Source of the DNA: Gammaproteobacteria bacterium
GTDB taxonomy: Bacteria > Pseudomonadota > Gammaproteobacteria > Eutrophobiales > Eutrophobiaceae
DNA: 64,000 bases
Direction: 5' to 3'
Assembly (NCBI GenBank): GCA_965116495.1
Contig: OZ220696.1
Span: 3,616,001 to 3,680,000 of the forward strand
The notes beneath the pieces were generated by a model that saw only the letters and a list, made by a program, of their open reading frames with translations, had not been told where the DNA came from and did not search any database. This document shows positions 1 to 11,051 of the stretch, piece after piece. Each line of letters starts with the position of its first letter. Within the stretch, counting starts at the first letter, position 1. A program made the position numbers and the translations under genes.

Positions 1-1
1 T

Positions 2-373
2 GTCACCGTCGAGATACAGGGATTCTTCCCAGAACTTCACGTTGCCGGCCAGGTCAACGTAATTCCCCGCATCGTGATAGACCGCCTCGTCCGCCCGCGC
101 CTGCCAGGTTTCCGTGGTCATTTCAACGGAGCCCTCCAACTCGGACACGCCCTTTTCCAGCAGGTCTATGCGGTCGGCATTGACATAGGTGTCGCCTTGC
201 TCCAACTCGACATCGACCACCGGGCTGTCGGGGATCTGGAACACGACCGGGCAGTACGGCCCGCCAGCCGGCGCCTCCTGCGCCGTAGCCGCGCCCGCCC
301 ACAACAGGATAACCAATAAAATGCCAGGGGTCAGAGTAAAAATGCTGCGGAAATAAATGAGGTCAGACCCCAT
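2..373 (-). CDS. lptD: LPS-assembly protein LptD, N-terminal part (runs off the window start)
   Basis: Manual translation from ATG at 373 gives MGSDLIYFRSIFTLTPGILLVILLWAGAATAQEAP..YCP..DTYVNADRIDLLEKGVSELEGSVEM..QARADEAVY..VDLAGNVKF: signal peptide, a Cys, then an OstA-like beta-jellyroll pattern. Confidence 0.7.
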   Translation of the reverse strand, partial: MGSDLIYFRSIFTLTPGILLVILLWAGAATAQEAPAGGPYCPVVFQIPDSPVVDVELEQGDTYVNADRIDLLEKGVSELEGSVEMTTETWQARADEAVYHDAGNYVDLAGNVKFWEESLYLDGD

Positions 374-390
374 TATTTTCGTCGTTATTT

Positions 391-557
391 TCGTCATTCC
401 GGCGCAAGCCGGAATCCAGTGGAATAGTGGGAAGACAGTACTGGATTCCGGCTTGCGCCGGAATGACGAGATGGACAGGAATGACGAGATGGACAGGAAT
501 GACGAGATGGACAGGAATGACGAGATGGATAGAAATGACGGCATGGACAGGAATGAC
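391..557. repeat. CGTC-type REP pair followed by ~6 tandem 18-bp units (GGAATGACGAGATGGACA)
   Basis: CGTCATTCCGGCGCAAGCCGGAATCCAG and its inverted copy, then tandem partial REP ends. Confidence 0.85.
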
Positions 558-630
558 GTGCCGGATCCTCCGGGGAGGGACTTCAAGTCCGTCCCCGGTT
601 GCTTCGCAAACGCATTCTTCACCGTGCTCA

Positions 631-1197
631 TCACGTCTTCGGCAACGTTACACCTGTCTGGCCCTGGTACTTCCCCTTGCGGTCCCTGTAGGACGTCTCG
701 CACGCCTCGTCGGATTGCAGGAAGATCACCTGGGCGACGCCCTCATTGGCATATATCTTCGCCGGCAGCGGCGAGGTATTGGAAAATTCCAGGGTGACGT
801 GACCCTCCCATTCCGGTTCCAGCGGCGTCACGTTGACGATGATGCCGCAGCGGGCGTAGGTGGACTTGCCCAGGCATATCGTCAGCACATCCCGGGGGAT
901 ACGGAAATACTCGACCGTGCGGGCCAGGGCAAACGAGTTGGGGGGGATGATGCACACGTCCCCGGTGAAGTCCACGAAGCTGTCCTCGTCGAAATTTTTC
1001 GGATCGATGACCGCGGAGTTGATGTTGGTGAATATCTTGAATTCATTCGAGCAGCGGATGTCGTAGCCGTAACTGGAGGTGCCGTAGGATACCAGCGACA
1101 TGGACCCGTTTTGTTTGATCTGCCGGGGCGTAAATGGTTCAATCAGGCCCTGGGTTTCAGCCATCTCGCGGATCCATTTATCGCTCTTTACCGGCAT
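631..1197 (-). CDS. dcd: dCTP deaminase
   Basis: [29 protein letters not shown] and [10 protein letters not shown] motifs. Confidence 0.97.
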   Translation of the reverse strand: MPVKSDKWIREMAETQGLIEPFTPRQIKQNGSMSLVSYGTSSYGYDIRCSNEFKIFTNINSAVIDPKNFDEDSFVDFTGDVCIIPPNSFALARTVEYFRIPRDVLTICLGKSTYARCGIIVNVTPLEPEWEGHVTLEFSNTSPLPAKIYANEGVAQVIFLQSDEACETSYRDRKGKYQGQTGVTLPKT

Positions 1198-2289
1198 TCA
1201 GGCGTTCTCGACCACAATCTTGGGGAATTTGCTGCTGAAGTCTTTGGCCCGCAACGACAACCTTGCCGCGGCCTTGCGAGAGATGGCCCGGTAGGTCTCC
1301 GCCAGGGGCGAGTCCGGGGCCATTGCCACGGTCGGCCGGCCGTTGTCCACGCCCTCGCGGATACTCATGTCCAGGGGCAGGGAACCCAGCAGGCCGACGT
1401 CGTACTGCTCGGCCATCTGCATCCCGCCGCCGCTGCCGAAGATGTGTTCCTCGTGGCCGCAGTTGCTGCAGATATGGGTGCTCATGTTCTCCACGATGCC
1501 CAGCACCGGCACCTCGACCTTCTCGAACATCTTCAGTCCCTTGCGCGCATCGAGCAGGGCGATGTCCTGGGGCGTGGTGACGATGATCGCCCCTGATACC
1601 GGGATTTTCTGGCACAGGGTCAACTGGATGTCACCGGTGCCCGGCGGCAGGTCTATGACCAGGTAATCCAGGTCCGACCAGTTGGTATCGCCCAGCAACT
1701 GCTCCAGCGCGGAGGTAACCATGGGGCCGCGCCAGATCATCGGTGTTTCCTCGTTGACGAGGTAGCCGATGGACATGGATTGCAGGTGGTAGCTGACGTT
1801 CGGTTCGATGGATTTGCCGTCATGGCTGTCCGGTTTGGCGCGGCAGCCGAGCATGCGCGGCTGGCTCGGGCCGTAGATGTCCGCATCCAGGATGCCCGTC
1901 TTTGCCCCCTCCGCGTGCAGGGCCAGGGCCAGGTTGACGGCGGTCGTCGACTTGCCCACGCCGCCCTTGCCGGAGGCGACGGCAATCGTGTTCTTGATGT
2001 TGTCTATGGGTTTCACGCCCCGCTGCACGGCGTGTGACCTGATACTGGTGCCGATGTCCAGGTCGATGCCCTGCACCCCCGGGAACTGCCGCAGCCGTTC
2101 CGTGACGGCGTCCCGCAGCGTATCGATGTAACCGTTTGCCGGGTAACCCATTTGCAGGGAAATTCTGATATTATCTCCGTCAATCTGTATATCCTTGACC
2201 ATATCGGCGGAAACGAGGTCTTTTTCCAGGTTGATGTCCTGTACCCCGGCCAGGGCCGTTTTTATCGCATCAGGGCTTGTATTCAGCAT
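1198..2289 (-). CDS. apbC: Fe-S cluster carrier ATPase ApbC/Mrp
   Basis: ASGKGGVGKSTT, DADIYGPS, DLPPGTGD, CSNCG; divergent from metG as is typical. Confidence 0.96.
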   Translation of the reverse strand: MLNTSPDAIKTALAGVQDINLEKDLVSADMVKDIQIDGDNIRISLQMGYPANGYIDTLRDAVTERLRQFPGVQGIDLDIGTSIRSHAVQRGVKPIDNIKNTIAVASGKGGVGKSTTAVNLALALHAEGAKTGILDADIYGPSQPRMLGCRAKPDSHDGKSIEPNVSYHLQSMSIGYLVNEETPMIWRGPMVTSALEQLLGDTNWSDLDYLVIDLPPGTGDIQLTLCQKIPVSGAIIVTTPQDIALLDARKGLKMFEKVEVPVLGIVENMSTHICSNCGHEEHIFGSGGGMQMAEQYDVGLLGSLPLDMSIREGVDNGRPTVAMAPDSPLAETYRAISRKAAARLSLRAKDFSSKFPKIVVENA

Positions 2290-2356
2290 GGGTGCTCGGT
2301 ATGTCGGTTAGCAAACGGACATTTTACATGAAAATTGCCGGTCAAGCCGGACAAAT

Positions 2357-4660
2357 GTGATGACAGCCCGACAACGTAAAATCTTTGTGACGAGCGCACT
2401 GCCTTATGCGAACAGCTCGATCCATATCGGCCACCTGCTGGAGGCGATACAGACGGATATCTGGGTGCGCTTCCAGAAACTGCGCGGCCATGACTGCCTG
2501 TACCTATGCGCCGACGACGCCCACGGCACGCCCATCATGCTGAGCGCGGACAGCCAGGGCATTGACCCGGAACAGTTGATCGCCCGCATCCACGCCGAAC
2601 ACGAGCGTGATTACGCCGGCTTCGAGATCGGTTTCGACAACTTCTACACCACCCATTCCGGGGAAAACCGGGAATTCGCGGAGAATATCTACGCCCGCCT
2701 CAACGCCGCAGGCCATATCAAGCGCCGCACCATCCGCCAGTTCTACGACCCGGTGAAGCAGATGTTCCTGCCGGACCGGTTCATCCGCGGGGAGTGCCCG
2801 TTCTGCCGCGCACCGGACCAGTACGGCGACAGTTGCGAGTCCTGCAACCGCACCTACACGCCCATGGACCTGGTCAACCCGGTATCCTCCGTCTCGGGGG
2901 CCACGCCGGTGGAGAAGGAGTCCGAGCACTATTTCTTCGACCTGCCCGCGTTCGAGACCGTGTTGCAGGACTGGGTCGGCGCCGGGCACTTGCAGCCCGA
3001 GGTCGCCAACAAGCTGGATGAATGGTTCAGCGCCGGGTTGAGGGAATGGGACATCTCCCGGGATGCGCCGTATTTCGGCTTTGAGATCCCCGGCGCGCCG
3101 GGCAAGTATTTCTATGTGTGGGTCGATGCGCCCATGGGCTATTTCGCCAGCCTGAAGAACCTGCTGGACGGGCAGGGGCGGGACGTGGCGGAGTACATCG
3201 ACGCCGGCAGCGACGCCGAGATGTACCATTTCATCGGCAAGGACATCATGTACTTCCATACCCTGTTTTGGCCGGCCCTGCTGCACGGCAGCGGCCACCG
3301 CCTGCCCAGCAACGTGTTCGTGCACGGGTTTCTCACGGCCAACGGCCAGAAAATGTCGAAATCCCGCGGCACCTTCATCAATGCCCGCACCTACCTGGAG
3401 CACCTGGACCCGGAATACCTGCGTTATTATTTCGCCGCGAAGTCGGGCAGCGGCGTGGACGATATCGACCTCAACCTGGAGGATTTCCGCCAGCGCGTGA
3501 ATGCCGACCTGGTCGGCAAGGTGGTCAACTTGGCCAGCCGCTGCGCCGGTTTTATCCGCAAGCGGTTCGGCGGCAGGCTGGCGGCAGACATCCATGACGC
3601 GGCGCTGCTGCAGGAGTTTGCCGGCGCAGGCGAGGCCATCGCTGAGGCCTACGAAGCCAGGGAATACGCCCGCGCGGTGCGCGGGATCATGGCCCTGGCC
3701 GACCGGGCGAACCAGTACATAGACCGGCACAAGCCCTGGGAGATGGCCAGGCAGGACCCCGAATCGGCCGAATTGCAGCAGGTCTGTTCCCTGGGTATCA
3801 ACCTGTTCCGCATACTCATTATCTACCTGAAACCGGTGCTGCCCGGCCTGGCGCAGCGCTCCGAGGCGTTCCTGGGTGTCGACCCGCTGAACTGGGACGA
3901 CCTGGCGGCGCCCCTGCTGGACCACCCGATAAACAAGTTCAAGCCACTCCTCACCCGGGTGGAAAAAGACCGGATCGATGCCGTGGTAGAAGCCAGCAAG
4001 GAAAGCCTGGGGACGGGGGGCGTTGGGGCAGCCGGTGCAGGGCATGGCGGAGCAGGAGATGACGTAGCGGGGGATGACGTGGCAGGCGACACCGCAGCGG
4101 GAAATGACGGAGTAGGGAATGCCGGAGACGCCGCAGCAGGGGATGACGCAACAGGTGGCGCTGCAGCGGGAGATGACGGTGCAGGGGACGCCGCAGCGGA
4201 GGACGCCTCAGCAGGAAATGGCGGAACAGGCGACGTAGAGGTGGGAGACGACACCAATGATACCGGGACCGGAGGTGCCGGGACGGGGGACTCGGCCACC
4301 GTTAACAAATACCTGGTAGAAGATCCGGTTGGCGCGGAAATCTCCTTTGATGAGTTCAGCAGGATGGATCTGCGCGTCGCAAAAATCACTCGCGCCGACT
4401 ACGTTGACGGCGCGGACAAACTGCTGCAACTGACCCTGGACCTGGACGGCGAGACCCGGAACGTATTCGCCGGGATCAAGTCCGCCTACCAGCCGCAAGA
4501 CCTGGTCGGCAGAATGACGGTAATGGTAGCCAACCTCGCCCCCAGGAAAATGCGCTTCGGCGTATCCGAAGGTATGGTGCTGGCCGCCGGCCCCGGCGGC
4601 AAAGAAATCTTCATCCTCACCCCCGACTCAGGCGCAAAACCCGGCATGAAAGTCAAGTGA
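2357..4660 (+). CDS. metG: methionine--tRNA ligase with an expanded Gly/Asp/Ala linker and C-terminal tRNA-binding domain
   Basis: HIGH and KMSKS motifs, Zn knuckle CPFC..CESC, C-terminal Trbp111-like domain. Confidence 0.97.
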   Translation: MMTARQRKIFVTSALPYANSSIHIGHLLEAIQTDIWVRFQKLRGHDCLYLCADDAHGTPIMLSADSQGIDPEQLIARIHAEHERDYAGFEIGFDNFYTTHSGENREFAENIYARLNAAGHIKRRTIRQFYDPVKQMFLPDRFIRGECPFCRAPDQYGDSCESCNRTYTPMDLVNPVSSVSGATPVEKESEHYFFDLPAFETVLQDWVGAGHLQPEVANKLDEWFSAGLREWDISRDAPYFGFEIPGAPGKYFYVWVDAPMGYFASLKNLLDGQGRDVAEYIDAGSDAEMYHFIGKDIMYFHTLFWPALLHGSGHRLPSNVFVHGFLTANGQKMSKSRGTFINARTYLEHLDPEYLRYYFAAKSGSGVDDIDLNLEDFRQRVNADLVGKVVNLASRCAGFIRKRFGGRLAADIHDAALLQEFAGAGEAIAEAYEAREYARAVRGIMALADRANQYIDRHKPWEMARQDPESAELQQVCSLGINLFRILIIYLKPVLPGLAQRSEAFLGVDPLNWDDLAAPLLDHPINKFKPLLTRVEKDRIDAVVEASKESLGTGGVGAAGAGHGGAGDDVAGDDVAGDTAAGNDGVGNAGDAAAGDDATGGAAAGDDGAGDAAAEDASAGNGGTGDVEVGDDTNDTGTGGAGTGDSATVNKYLVEDPVGAEISFDEFSRMDLRVAKITRADYVDGADKLLQLTLDLDGETRNVFAGIKSAYQPQDLVGRMTVMVANLAPRKMRFGVSEGMVLAAGPGGKEIFILTPDSGAKPGMKVK

Positions 4661-4854
4661 CCACCTGATTTGGGACACCCATAAATTTCTGGGTTCCGGC
4701 TTACGCCGGAACGACGGGGCGGGGCTAATTTGGGACATCCATAAATTTAGAGACCTTCGATATTTACGATACAGTTTATGGTTGTCCTGAATTAAACGAT
4801 GCTACGATACAATTTATGGGTGTCCCGAATTAAACGACGAAACCCTCCACCGTT

Positions 4855-5433
4855 ATGACTGAGTTTTTCCTCATCCTCCTGGCGGCCTGCCTGGCCAACA
4901 ACCTGATGACCGACCACCTGCTCGGCGTAAGCCCCCTGCTGGCGGCCGCGCAGAAAATTAACGTCGCCGTCGATATGGCAATCGCCGTCACAGGCGTGAC
5001 CACGCTCGTCGCGTTCATTACCTGCCTGCTGGACACCCTGTTCATCACCCCGCTGCACCTGGAAAACTACCGGCTGCTGATCCTGGTGATGACCGTCGTT
5101 TGCGTCTGCCAGGCGTCCCGGATAATTCCGGGCAGGTACCTCCCCCGGCTGTTTGACCGGGACGGCAGGTTCTATCCGCTGTTGCTGATGAATTGCGCGT
5201 TACTGGGCGTCACGCTACTCAACGTGCAGCAGGACACCGGCCTGCTCGGATCGCTGTTTTTCGGCGCCGGCGCCGGCCTGGGCTTCTCCCTGATCCTGCT
5301 GGGCTTCACCGCCATCAACCTGCGCCTGACCGTCACCGACCTGCCCGCCCCGTTCAAAGGCCTCCCCCTGCAAATGGTCACCCTGGGCGTCATCTCCCTG
5401 GCCTTCTCAGGCCTCACCGGCCTGATAGCCTAA
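4855..5433 (+). CDS. rsxA: Rnf/Rsx electron transport complex subunit A
   Basis: NNL...LGVSP, PLLLMNCALLG and LPAPFKGLP motifs; first gene of the rsx cluster. Confidence 0.85.
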   Translation: MTEFFLILLAACLANNLMTDHLLGVSPLLAAAQKINVAVDMAIAVTGVTTLVAFITCLLDTLFITPLHLENYRLLILVMTVVCVCQASRIIPGRYLPRLFDRDGRFYPLLLMNCALLGVTLLNVQQDTGLLGSLFFGAGAGLGFSLILLGFTAINLRLTVTDLPAPFKGLPLQMVTLGVISLAFSGLTGLIA

Positions 5434-5513
5434 TTTGGGACACCCATGAATTTAGAATATTCGTTAATTTATGGGTGTCCCAAATTAGAAGAGTTGCCTT
5501 ATTCGGCGAAGAT

Positions 5514-6038
5514 ATGATGTTGGAATTGATAATTGTTACTCTGGCGCTTTGTTTATTGGCATTGTCAGCGGCCATGTTGTTATCCGAAGCAGGCGAAGCC
5601 AATACACGTGCCGGGGAGGAAGCCGTCACTGCGATAGACGCCCTGCTGCCGCAGACCCAGTGCGGCGACTGCGGCTATCCCGGCTGTCTGCCGTATGCCA
5701 GGGCAATCGTTGAACAGGATGTACCCCTTAATTTATGTACTCCCGGCGGCGCCATCACCGTGAGAAAGCTGGAAAAATTACTGGGCAGGACGTCCTCCCT
5801 GCATAGTGCCCCGGTTACACCTGAAGATACCATCGCCCTGATTGACGAAGACACCTGCATAGGATGCGTGAAGTGCATCCACGCCTGCCCCGTCGATGCC
5901 ATTGCCGGCAGCGCCAAACAACTGCACGCCGTCATCCCGGAATACTGTACCGGTTGCGAACTTTGCCTCCCACCCTGCCCGGTAGACTGCATAACCATGA
6001 TCCCACGGCACCCGGCATCACATCAACAGACCGCATAA
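5514..6038 (+). CDS. rsxB: Rnf/Rsx subunit B (ferredoxin)
   Basis: LLPQTQCGDCGYPGC and two CxxCxxCxxxCP motifs; start placed at ATG 5514 after the intergenic repeat. Confidence 0.92.
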   Translation: MMLELIIVTLALCLLALSAAMLLSEAGEANTRAGEEAVTAIDALLPQTQCGDCGYPGCLPYARAIVEQDVPLNLCTPGGAITVRKLEKLLGRTSSLHSAPVTPEDTIALIDEDTCIGCVKCIHACPVDAIAGSAKQLHAVIPEYCTGCELCLPPCPVDCITMIPRHPASHQQTA

Positions 6039-6240
6039 ACTGAACAAGCTGCCCGCTTCGTTATTTGCGAAGCTTGTCCCTGCGAAAGCAGGGAGCAGAA
6101 ATCCATTAACGAACTAATTTGGGACACCCATAAATTAACGAATTTTCTAAATTCATGGGTGTCCCAAATTAGGTTATATGGGTGTCCTGAATTAGGATAA
6201 TATGGAGTGATATTGGGCTTATTTTCGGAGCGGTGGCGGC

Positions 6241-7737
6241 ATGCGTGAATTACATGATTTCCCGGGCGGGTTGTTGCTGGAGCCGCATAAGGAAGTTACC
6301 GACCAGAAAATGTCCATCCTGCACCCGCTGCCGGAGCGGATGTTCCTGCCCCTGCAGCAGCATATCGGCCAGCCGGCGGAGCCTGCCGTACAAGTCGGTG
6401 ACCGGGTACTGAAAGGCCAGATCATCGCCCGCTCCGGCGGTTATGTCAGCGTCCCCGTCCATGCCAGCACGTCCGGGAAAATAACGGATATCGGCAATTA
6501 TCCGGTCCCGCATCCGACCATCAGCGAAGCGCCGTGCATCGTACTGGAGCCGGACGGAAACGATGCCTGGTTCGATATCAAACCCACCGAGGAATATGAC
6601 CGCACCGAACCGGCGAAATTGCAGGAGTTGATCCGGGATTGCGGCATTGTCGGCCTGGGCGGCGCAGGTTTTCCGGCCCACGTGAAATTGATGGAAGGGA
6701 TTGAGAATGCGGTCGACACATTAATAATAAACGGTGTTGAATGTGAACCGCATATCACCTGCGATGACCGCCTTATCCAGGAAAAGGCCTCCTACGTCGT
6801 ATCCGGCGCGCGCATGATCCGCCATGCCGTGCAGGCCAGGCACTGCGTGATCGCCGTTGAGGATGACATGCAGCTGGCGTACGACGCGCTGGCCGACCTA
6901 GTCGATGACGACCTGGAACTGGTCATGGTGCCCACCCGCTATCCCGCCGGCGGCGAGAAACAGCTCATCAGGACACTGACCGGCAAAGACGTCCCCAGCG
7001 ATGGCCTGCCGATCCACGTCGGCATCGTCATCCACAACGTCGCCACGGCCGCGGCGGTCTACCGCGCCGTCACCCGCGGCGAACCCATCGTCTCGCGCTA
7101 CGTGACGGTGACCGGCAGAGTGGATAACCCCGTCAACCTGCAGGTGCTGATCGGCACGCCGGTCGAGGACTGCCTGGCCACCTGCGGTTACCGGCACAGT
7201 GAGGACAACAAGGTGATCATCGGCGGCCCCATGATGGGTCTGCGCGTCACCAGCCCCAACATGCCGGTGATCAAGACCACCAACTGCATCATTATCGAGG
7301 AAAATGCGCCCGCCTACCCGGAAATGCCCTGCATCCGTTGCGGCGATTGCGCGGATGTCTGCCCGGCCGAACTGCTGCCCCAGCAACTGTACTGGTTCGC
7401 CAAATCCGCCGATTACGACCAGGCCCGCGAGTATCGCCTGGCCGACTGCATAGAATGCGGTTGCTGCGCCTATGTCTGTCCCAGCCGCATACCCCTGGTG
7501 CATTATTACCGTCACGCGAAAGCGCAGATAGGCCTGGAACAACAACGCAGCCATGAAGCCGACCAGGCACGACAGCGCTATACCCGGAAAAACGTACGCG
7601 AGAAGGAGGAAGCAGCAGCCGGGAAAACAGGCAAAACCGGCGCCGGCGCAGACCGGGGACAGGACACCCGGGCAGCGAAAAAGGCCTACGTGGAGGAGGC
7701 GCTGGCCCGGACCCGGACGAAGCGGCAGAACCGGTAA
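6241..7737 (+). CDS. rsxC: Rnf/Rsx subunit C
   Basis: GIVGLGGAGFP, NGVECEP, CIRCGDCADVCP, CIECGCCAYVCP. Confidence 0.95.
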   Translation: MRELHDFPGGLLLEPHKEVTDQKMSILHPLPERMFLPLQQHIGQPAEPAVQVGDRVLKGQIIARSGGYVSVPVHASTSGKITDIGNYPVPHPTISEAPCIVLEPDGNDAWFDIKPTEEYDRTEPAKLQELIRDCGIVGLGGAGFPAHVKLMEGIENAVDTLIINGVECEPHITCDDRLIQEKASYVVSGARMIRHAVQARHCVIAVEDDMQLAYDALADLVDDDLELVMVPTRYPAGGEKQLIRTLTGKDVPSDGLPIHVGIVIHNVATAAAVYRAVTRGEPIVSRYVTVTGRVDNPVNLQVLIGTPVEDCLATCGYRHSEDNKVIIGGPMMGLRVTSPNMPVIKTTNCIIIEENAPAYPEMPCIRCGDCADVCPAELLPQQLYWFAKSADYDQAREYRLADCIECGCCAYVCPSRIPLVHYYRHAKAQIGLEQQRSHEADQARQRYTRKNVREKEEAAAGKTGKTGAGADRGQDTRAAKKAYVEEALARTRTKRQNR

Positions 7738-7930
7738 CCGTCACCACACCGGGTTTGACCTGGAGTCCTGTGTAATTCTGTGTCGCTCCCGGCTACCAAC
7801 TTGCCAGTGCAGGTTCCGGCGACTCTTTAGTTTGGCCGGATTCCTGCTTTCGCAGGAATGACGAAGGTATTATTATCGTAACCCACTGACAGCAGAAAAT
7901 ATCCATTAATGACCAGTGAACCGATGAAAG

Positions 7931-8929
7931 ATGCAAACTGACAGCTCACCTCACCTGCACGATAGCCGGACCGTGGGCGTGGTGATGGCGGACGTATGCA
8001 TCGCGCTGGTCCCGGGGCTGCTCTGCTACGCCTGGTTGTTCGGCCCGGGGGTGTTGCTGCAGTGTATCCTGGCCGTGTCGTTTGCCCTGCTGTTCGAGTT
8101 TGCCGTCCTCAGGCTGCGCGGGCGCAACCCCCGGCCGTTCCTGCGCGACGGCAGCGCCGTGGTCACCGCGCTGCTGTTTGCCGTCAGCATCTCTCCGTCA
8201 GCGCCCTGGTGGGTGTCCCTGTGCGGGATCGCCTTTGCAATCATCATCGCCAAACATGCGTTTGGCGGTATCGGCTACAACCTGTTCAACCCGGCGATGG
8301 CGGGTTATGTATTCGTGCTGGTCTGCTTCCCGGTGCAGATGAATACCTGGCCAGACCTGCCGGCGCAGGGTGTCGGCGCATACCTGGGCAGCATCTTCCC
8401 CATGGCAGGCCGGGAGCTGGACATGCTGAGCGGCGCCACGCCCCTGGATGAACTGAAAACCCGGTTGGAGATGATGAAAATGGTGTCGGAGATCAAGACG
8501 GCCTCGGTATACGGGTATTTCGGCGCCGCCGGCTGGGAATGGATCAATGCCCTGTTCCTGCTGGGCGGCATCTATATGCTGGTGCGCGGTGTCATCAGGT
8601 GGCATATTCCTGTGGCGGTGCTGGCCAGCATGTTCATCGTCAGCGCGGCGTTTTACCTCTACGATGCGGAAACCTACGCCTCCCCGCTGTTCCACCTGTT
8701 CAGCGGCGGCGCCATGCTGTGCGCATTCTTTATCGCCACGGACCCCGTCACCGCGTCCACAACCGGGCGCGGGCGCCTGGTCTACGGCGCCATGATCGGC
8801 GTATTGATCTACCTGATGCGGCAGTGGGGGGCATTCCCGGACGGCGTGGCGTTCGCGGTGCTCCTGGCCAATATCTTCGTCCCGCTGATTGACCTGCTGA
8901 CCCGCCCCAGGGCGTTCGGAGAAACATAA
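7931..8929 (+). CDS. rsxD: Rnf/Rsx subunit D
   Basis: SSPHLH, FNPAM, SGATPL (FMN site), FFIATDP. Confidence 0.95.
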   Translation: MQTDSSPHLHDSRTVGVVMADVCIALVPGLLCYAWLFGPGVLLQCILAVSFALLFEFAVLRLRGRNPRPFLRDGSAVVTALLFAVSISPSAPWWVSLCGIAFAIIIAKHAFGGIGYNLFNPAMAGYVFVLVCFPVQMNTWPDLPAQGVGAYLGSIFPMAGRELDMLSGATPLDELKTRLEMMKMVSEIKTASVYGYFGAAGWEWINALFLLGGIYMLVRGVIRWHIPVAVLASMFIVSAAFYLYDAETYASPLFHLFSGGAMLCAFFIATDPVTASTTGRGRLVYGAMIGVLIYLMRQWGAFPDGVAFAVLLANIFVPLIDLLTRPRAFGET

Positions 8930-9540
8930 TGCCCAACAAGAAAAACCTGCTCCTGAGTACGCTGCCGCTGATGGTCATCTGCTTCGCCGCAGTGCTGGGG
9001 ATTTATGCCCTGGGGCAATTCCTGGAAGATAACATCACCCGCAACCGGCACCTGCCCATCCTCGAGATCGGCGCCGAAGTGTTGCCGCTGGAGCACGATA
9101 ACGACCTGCCCGCAGACAGGCTGAGCGTCGACATGTCCACGTATTTCGGCACCGATACGACAACCGGCGTCTACCGCGCCCGCCTCGGTGGAGAACCCGT
9201 GGGCGTCATATTCAGCCCCGTGCGCGCCAGGGGCTATAACGGCATGATGGAACTGGCCGTAGGCATTCGCTACGACGGGACCCTGGGCGGCGTCAGGGTC
9301 CTGCAGCACCGGGAAACGCAGGGTCTGGGCGACCAGGTCCACCAGGACAATTCACCCTGGATACTGGCCTTCAACGGCCGCTCCCTCGGCAACACCCCCG
9401 AAGACGGCTGGGCAGTAAAACCTGACGGCGGCATCTTCGACCACATCAGCGGCGCCACCTCCAGTCAGCGCGCCGTCCTCCGCGCCGTGGAACAAACCCT
9501 GAAATACTACGCCGCCAACCGTGAAAATCTCTTCATGTAA
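8929..9540 (+). CDS. rsxG: Rnf/Rsx subunit G
   Basis: GYNG, HRETQGLGD, FDHISGATSS FMN-binding motif. Confidence 0.92.
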   Translation: MPNKKNLLLSTLPLMVICFAAVLGIYALGQFLEDNITRNRHLPILEIGAEVLPLEHDNDLPADRLSVDMSTYFGTDTTTGVYRARLGGEPVGVIFSPVRARGYNGMMELAVGIRYDGTLGGVRVLQHRETQGLGDQVHQDNSPWILAFNGRSLGNTPEDGWAVKPDGGIFDHISGATSSQRAVLRAVEQTLKYYAANRENLFM

Positions 9541-9609
9541 TTTGGGACACCCATGAATTACCGATAATCCCAAATTCATGGGTGTCCCAAATTAATATGG
9601 TAGAGTAGG

Positions 9610-10998
9610 ATGATGCGACATTTTCCGGTTTTTCTGGACCTGAACAGGCGCCGTTGTCTTGTGGTCGGTGGTGGTGAGGTGGCTGCGAGCAAGGTGCAGC
9701 AAATGCTCAGGTCGAATGCTGACATACTGGTCGTCGCGCCCTGGGCGGGGGAGGAAATACTGGCGCTGGAGCAGCAGGGGAAGTTAAGACGCGAGGCCAG
9801 GGCGTTTATGCCGGGTGACGTGGTCGGTTGTGCGCTGGTGATCGCTGCCACGGCTGACAAAGAGGTCAACGTCCGGGTTGCCGAGGCCGCCAAGGCGGAC
9901 AACGTGCCGGTCAACGTGGTCGACAATCCTGCCCTGTGCAGTTTCATCATGCCCTCCGTGGTCGACCGGGACCCGGTGCAGATAGCCGTGTCCACGGGCG
10001 GGGCCTCGCCGGTCCTGGCCCGGCTGCTGCGGGTAAAACTGGAAACCCTGATACCGGCAAGCTACGGGCGCCTGGCGACCGTGGTGCGGGAGTTCAGAGG
10101 GCGGGTAAAACAACGCTTCCCGGAATTCAGGCAGCGGCGCCGGTTCTGGGAGAATATCCTGCAGGGGCCGGTGGTCGAGATGCTGTTTGCCGGGCGTGAA
10201 GCCGCAGCCGTACAGGCCCTGGAGGACGAACTCGACAGCGCCGAGCCGACCGACCTCCGGGCCGGCGAAGTTTACCTGGTCGGCGGCGGCCCGGGCGATC
10301 CCGACCTGCTCACGTTCCGCGCCCTGCGCCTGATGCAGCAGGCCGACGTCGTGCTGTACGACCGGCTGGTTGCCCCGGCCATAGTAGAACTGGTCAGGAA
10401 GGAAGCAAAGCGGATCTACGTGGGCAAGCGCAGCGACAGCCATACCGTGCCGCAGTCCGATCTCAACACCATGCTGGTCGAATTGGCGCAACAGGGCAAA
10501 CGCGTGCTGCGCCTGAAGGGCGGCGACCCGTTCGTATTCGGCCGCGGCGGCGAGGAGATCGAGGAGCTGGCCGCGGCCGGCGTCCCGTTCCAGGTCGTGC
10601 CGGGCATCACCGCCGCCGCCGGTTGCGCCTCCTACGCCGGCATCCCGCTGACCCACCGCGATTACGCCCACTCCTGCCTGTTCGTCACCGGCCACCTGCA
10701 GGACGGCAAACTGGCCTTCAACTGGGCGGCCCTGCTGCAACCGAAGCAGACACTGGCCATCTACATGGGGGTCAAGGGGATCGACGTGCTGCAGAATAAC
10801 CTCCTGGAACACGGCATGCGCCCGGACCTGCCCGCCGCCGTCATCCAGCAGGGCACCACGCCGAACCAGAAAGTCTACGTGGGCACGGTGTCCACGCTGG
10901 CAAAAACCGTCGCCGACCAAGAGGTCAAACCCCCGTCAATGATCGTCATCGGCGAGGTGGTGAAACTGCACGATAAGCTGACCTGGTTCCAGAAGTGA
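9610..10998 (+). CDS. cysG: siroheme synthase
   Basis: N-terminal LVVGGGEVA dehydrogenase/chelatase domain plus C-terminal GGGPGDPDLLT and RLKGGDPFVFGRGGEE methyltransferase domain. Confidence 0.96.
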   Translation: MMRHFPVFLDLNRRRCLVVGGGEVAASKVQQMLRSNADILVVAPWAGEEILALEQQGKLRREARAFMPGDVVGCALVIAATADKEVNVRVAEAAKADNVPVNVVDNPALCSFIMPSVVDRDPVQIAVSTGGASPVLARLLRVKLETLIPASYGRLATVVREFRGRVKQRFPEFRQRRRFWENILQGPVVEMLFAGREAAAVQALEDELDSAEPTDLRAGEVYLVGGGPGDPDLLTFRALRLMQQADVVLYDRLVAPAIVELVRKEAKRIYVGKRSDSHTVPQSDLNTMLVELAQQGKRVLRLKGGDPFVFGRGGEEIEELAAAGVPFQVVPGITAAAGCASYAGIPLTHRDYAHSCLFVTGHLQDGKLAFNWAALLQPKQTLAIYMGVKGIDVLQNNLLEHGMRPDLPAAVIQQGTTPNQKVYVGTVSTLAKTVADQEVKPPSMIVIGEVVKLHDKLTWFQK

Positions 10999-11051
10999 AT
11001 TTGGGACACCCATGAATTTGCGAAAATCCCAAATTCATGGGTGTCCCAAAT

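Noticed and set aside
427-4045. Long opposite-strand ORFs (427-1596, 2504-4045, 9784-10920, 12819-14159, 50720-52075 and similar)
   Set aside because: Shadow ORFs of GC-rich real genes, with no recognisable motifs.
5193-5513. N-terminal extensions of rsxB, egtD, mltF, the GT-C gene and other ORF-track calls
   Set aside because: They run through intergenic repeats (WDTHK/YGCPK peptides) or overlap neighbouring genes; downstream starts are more plausible.
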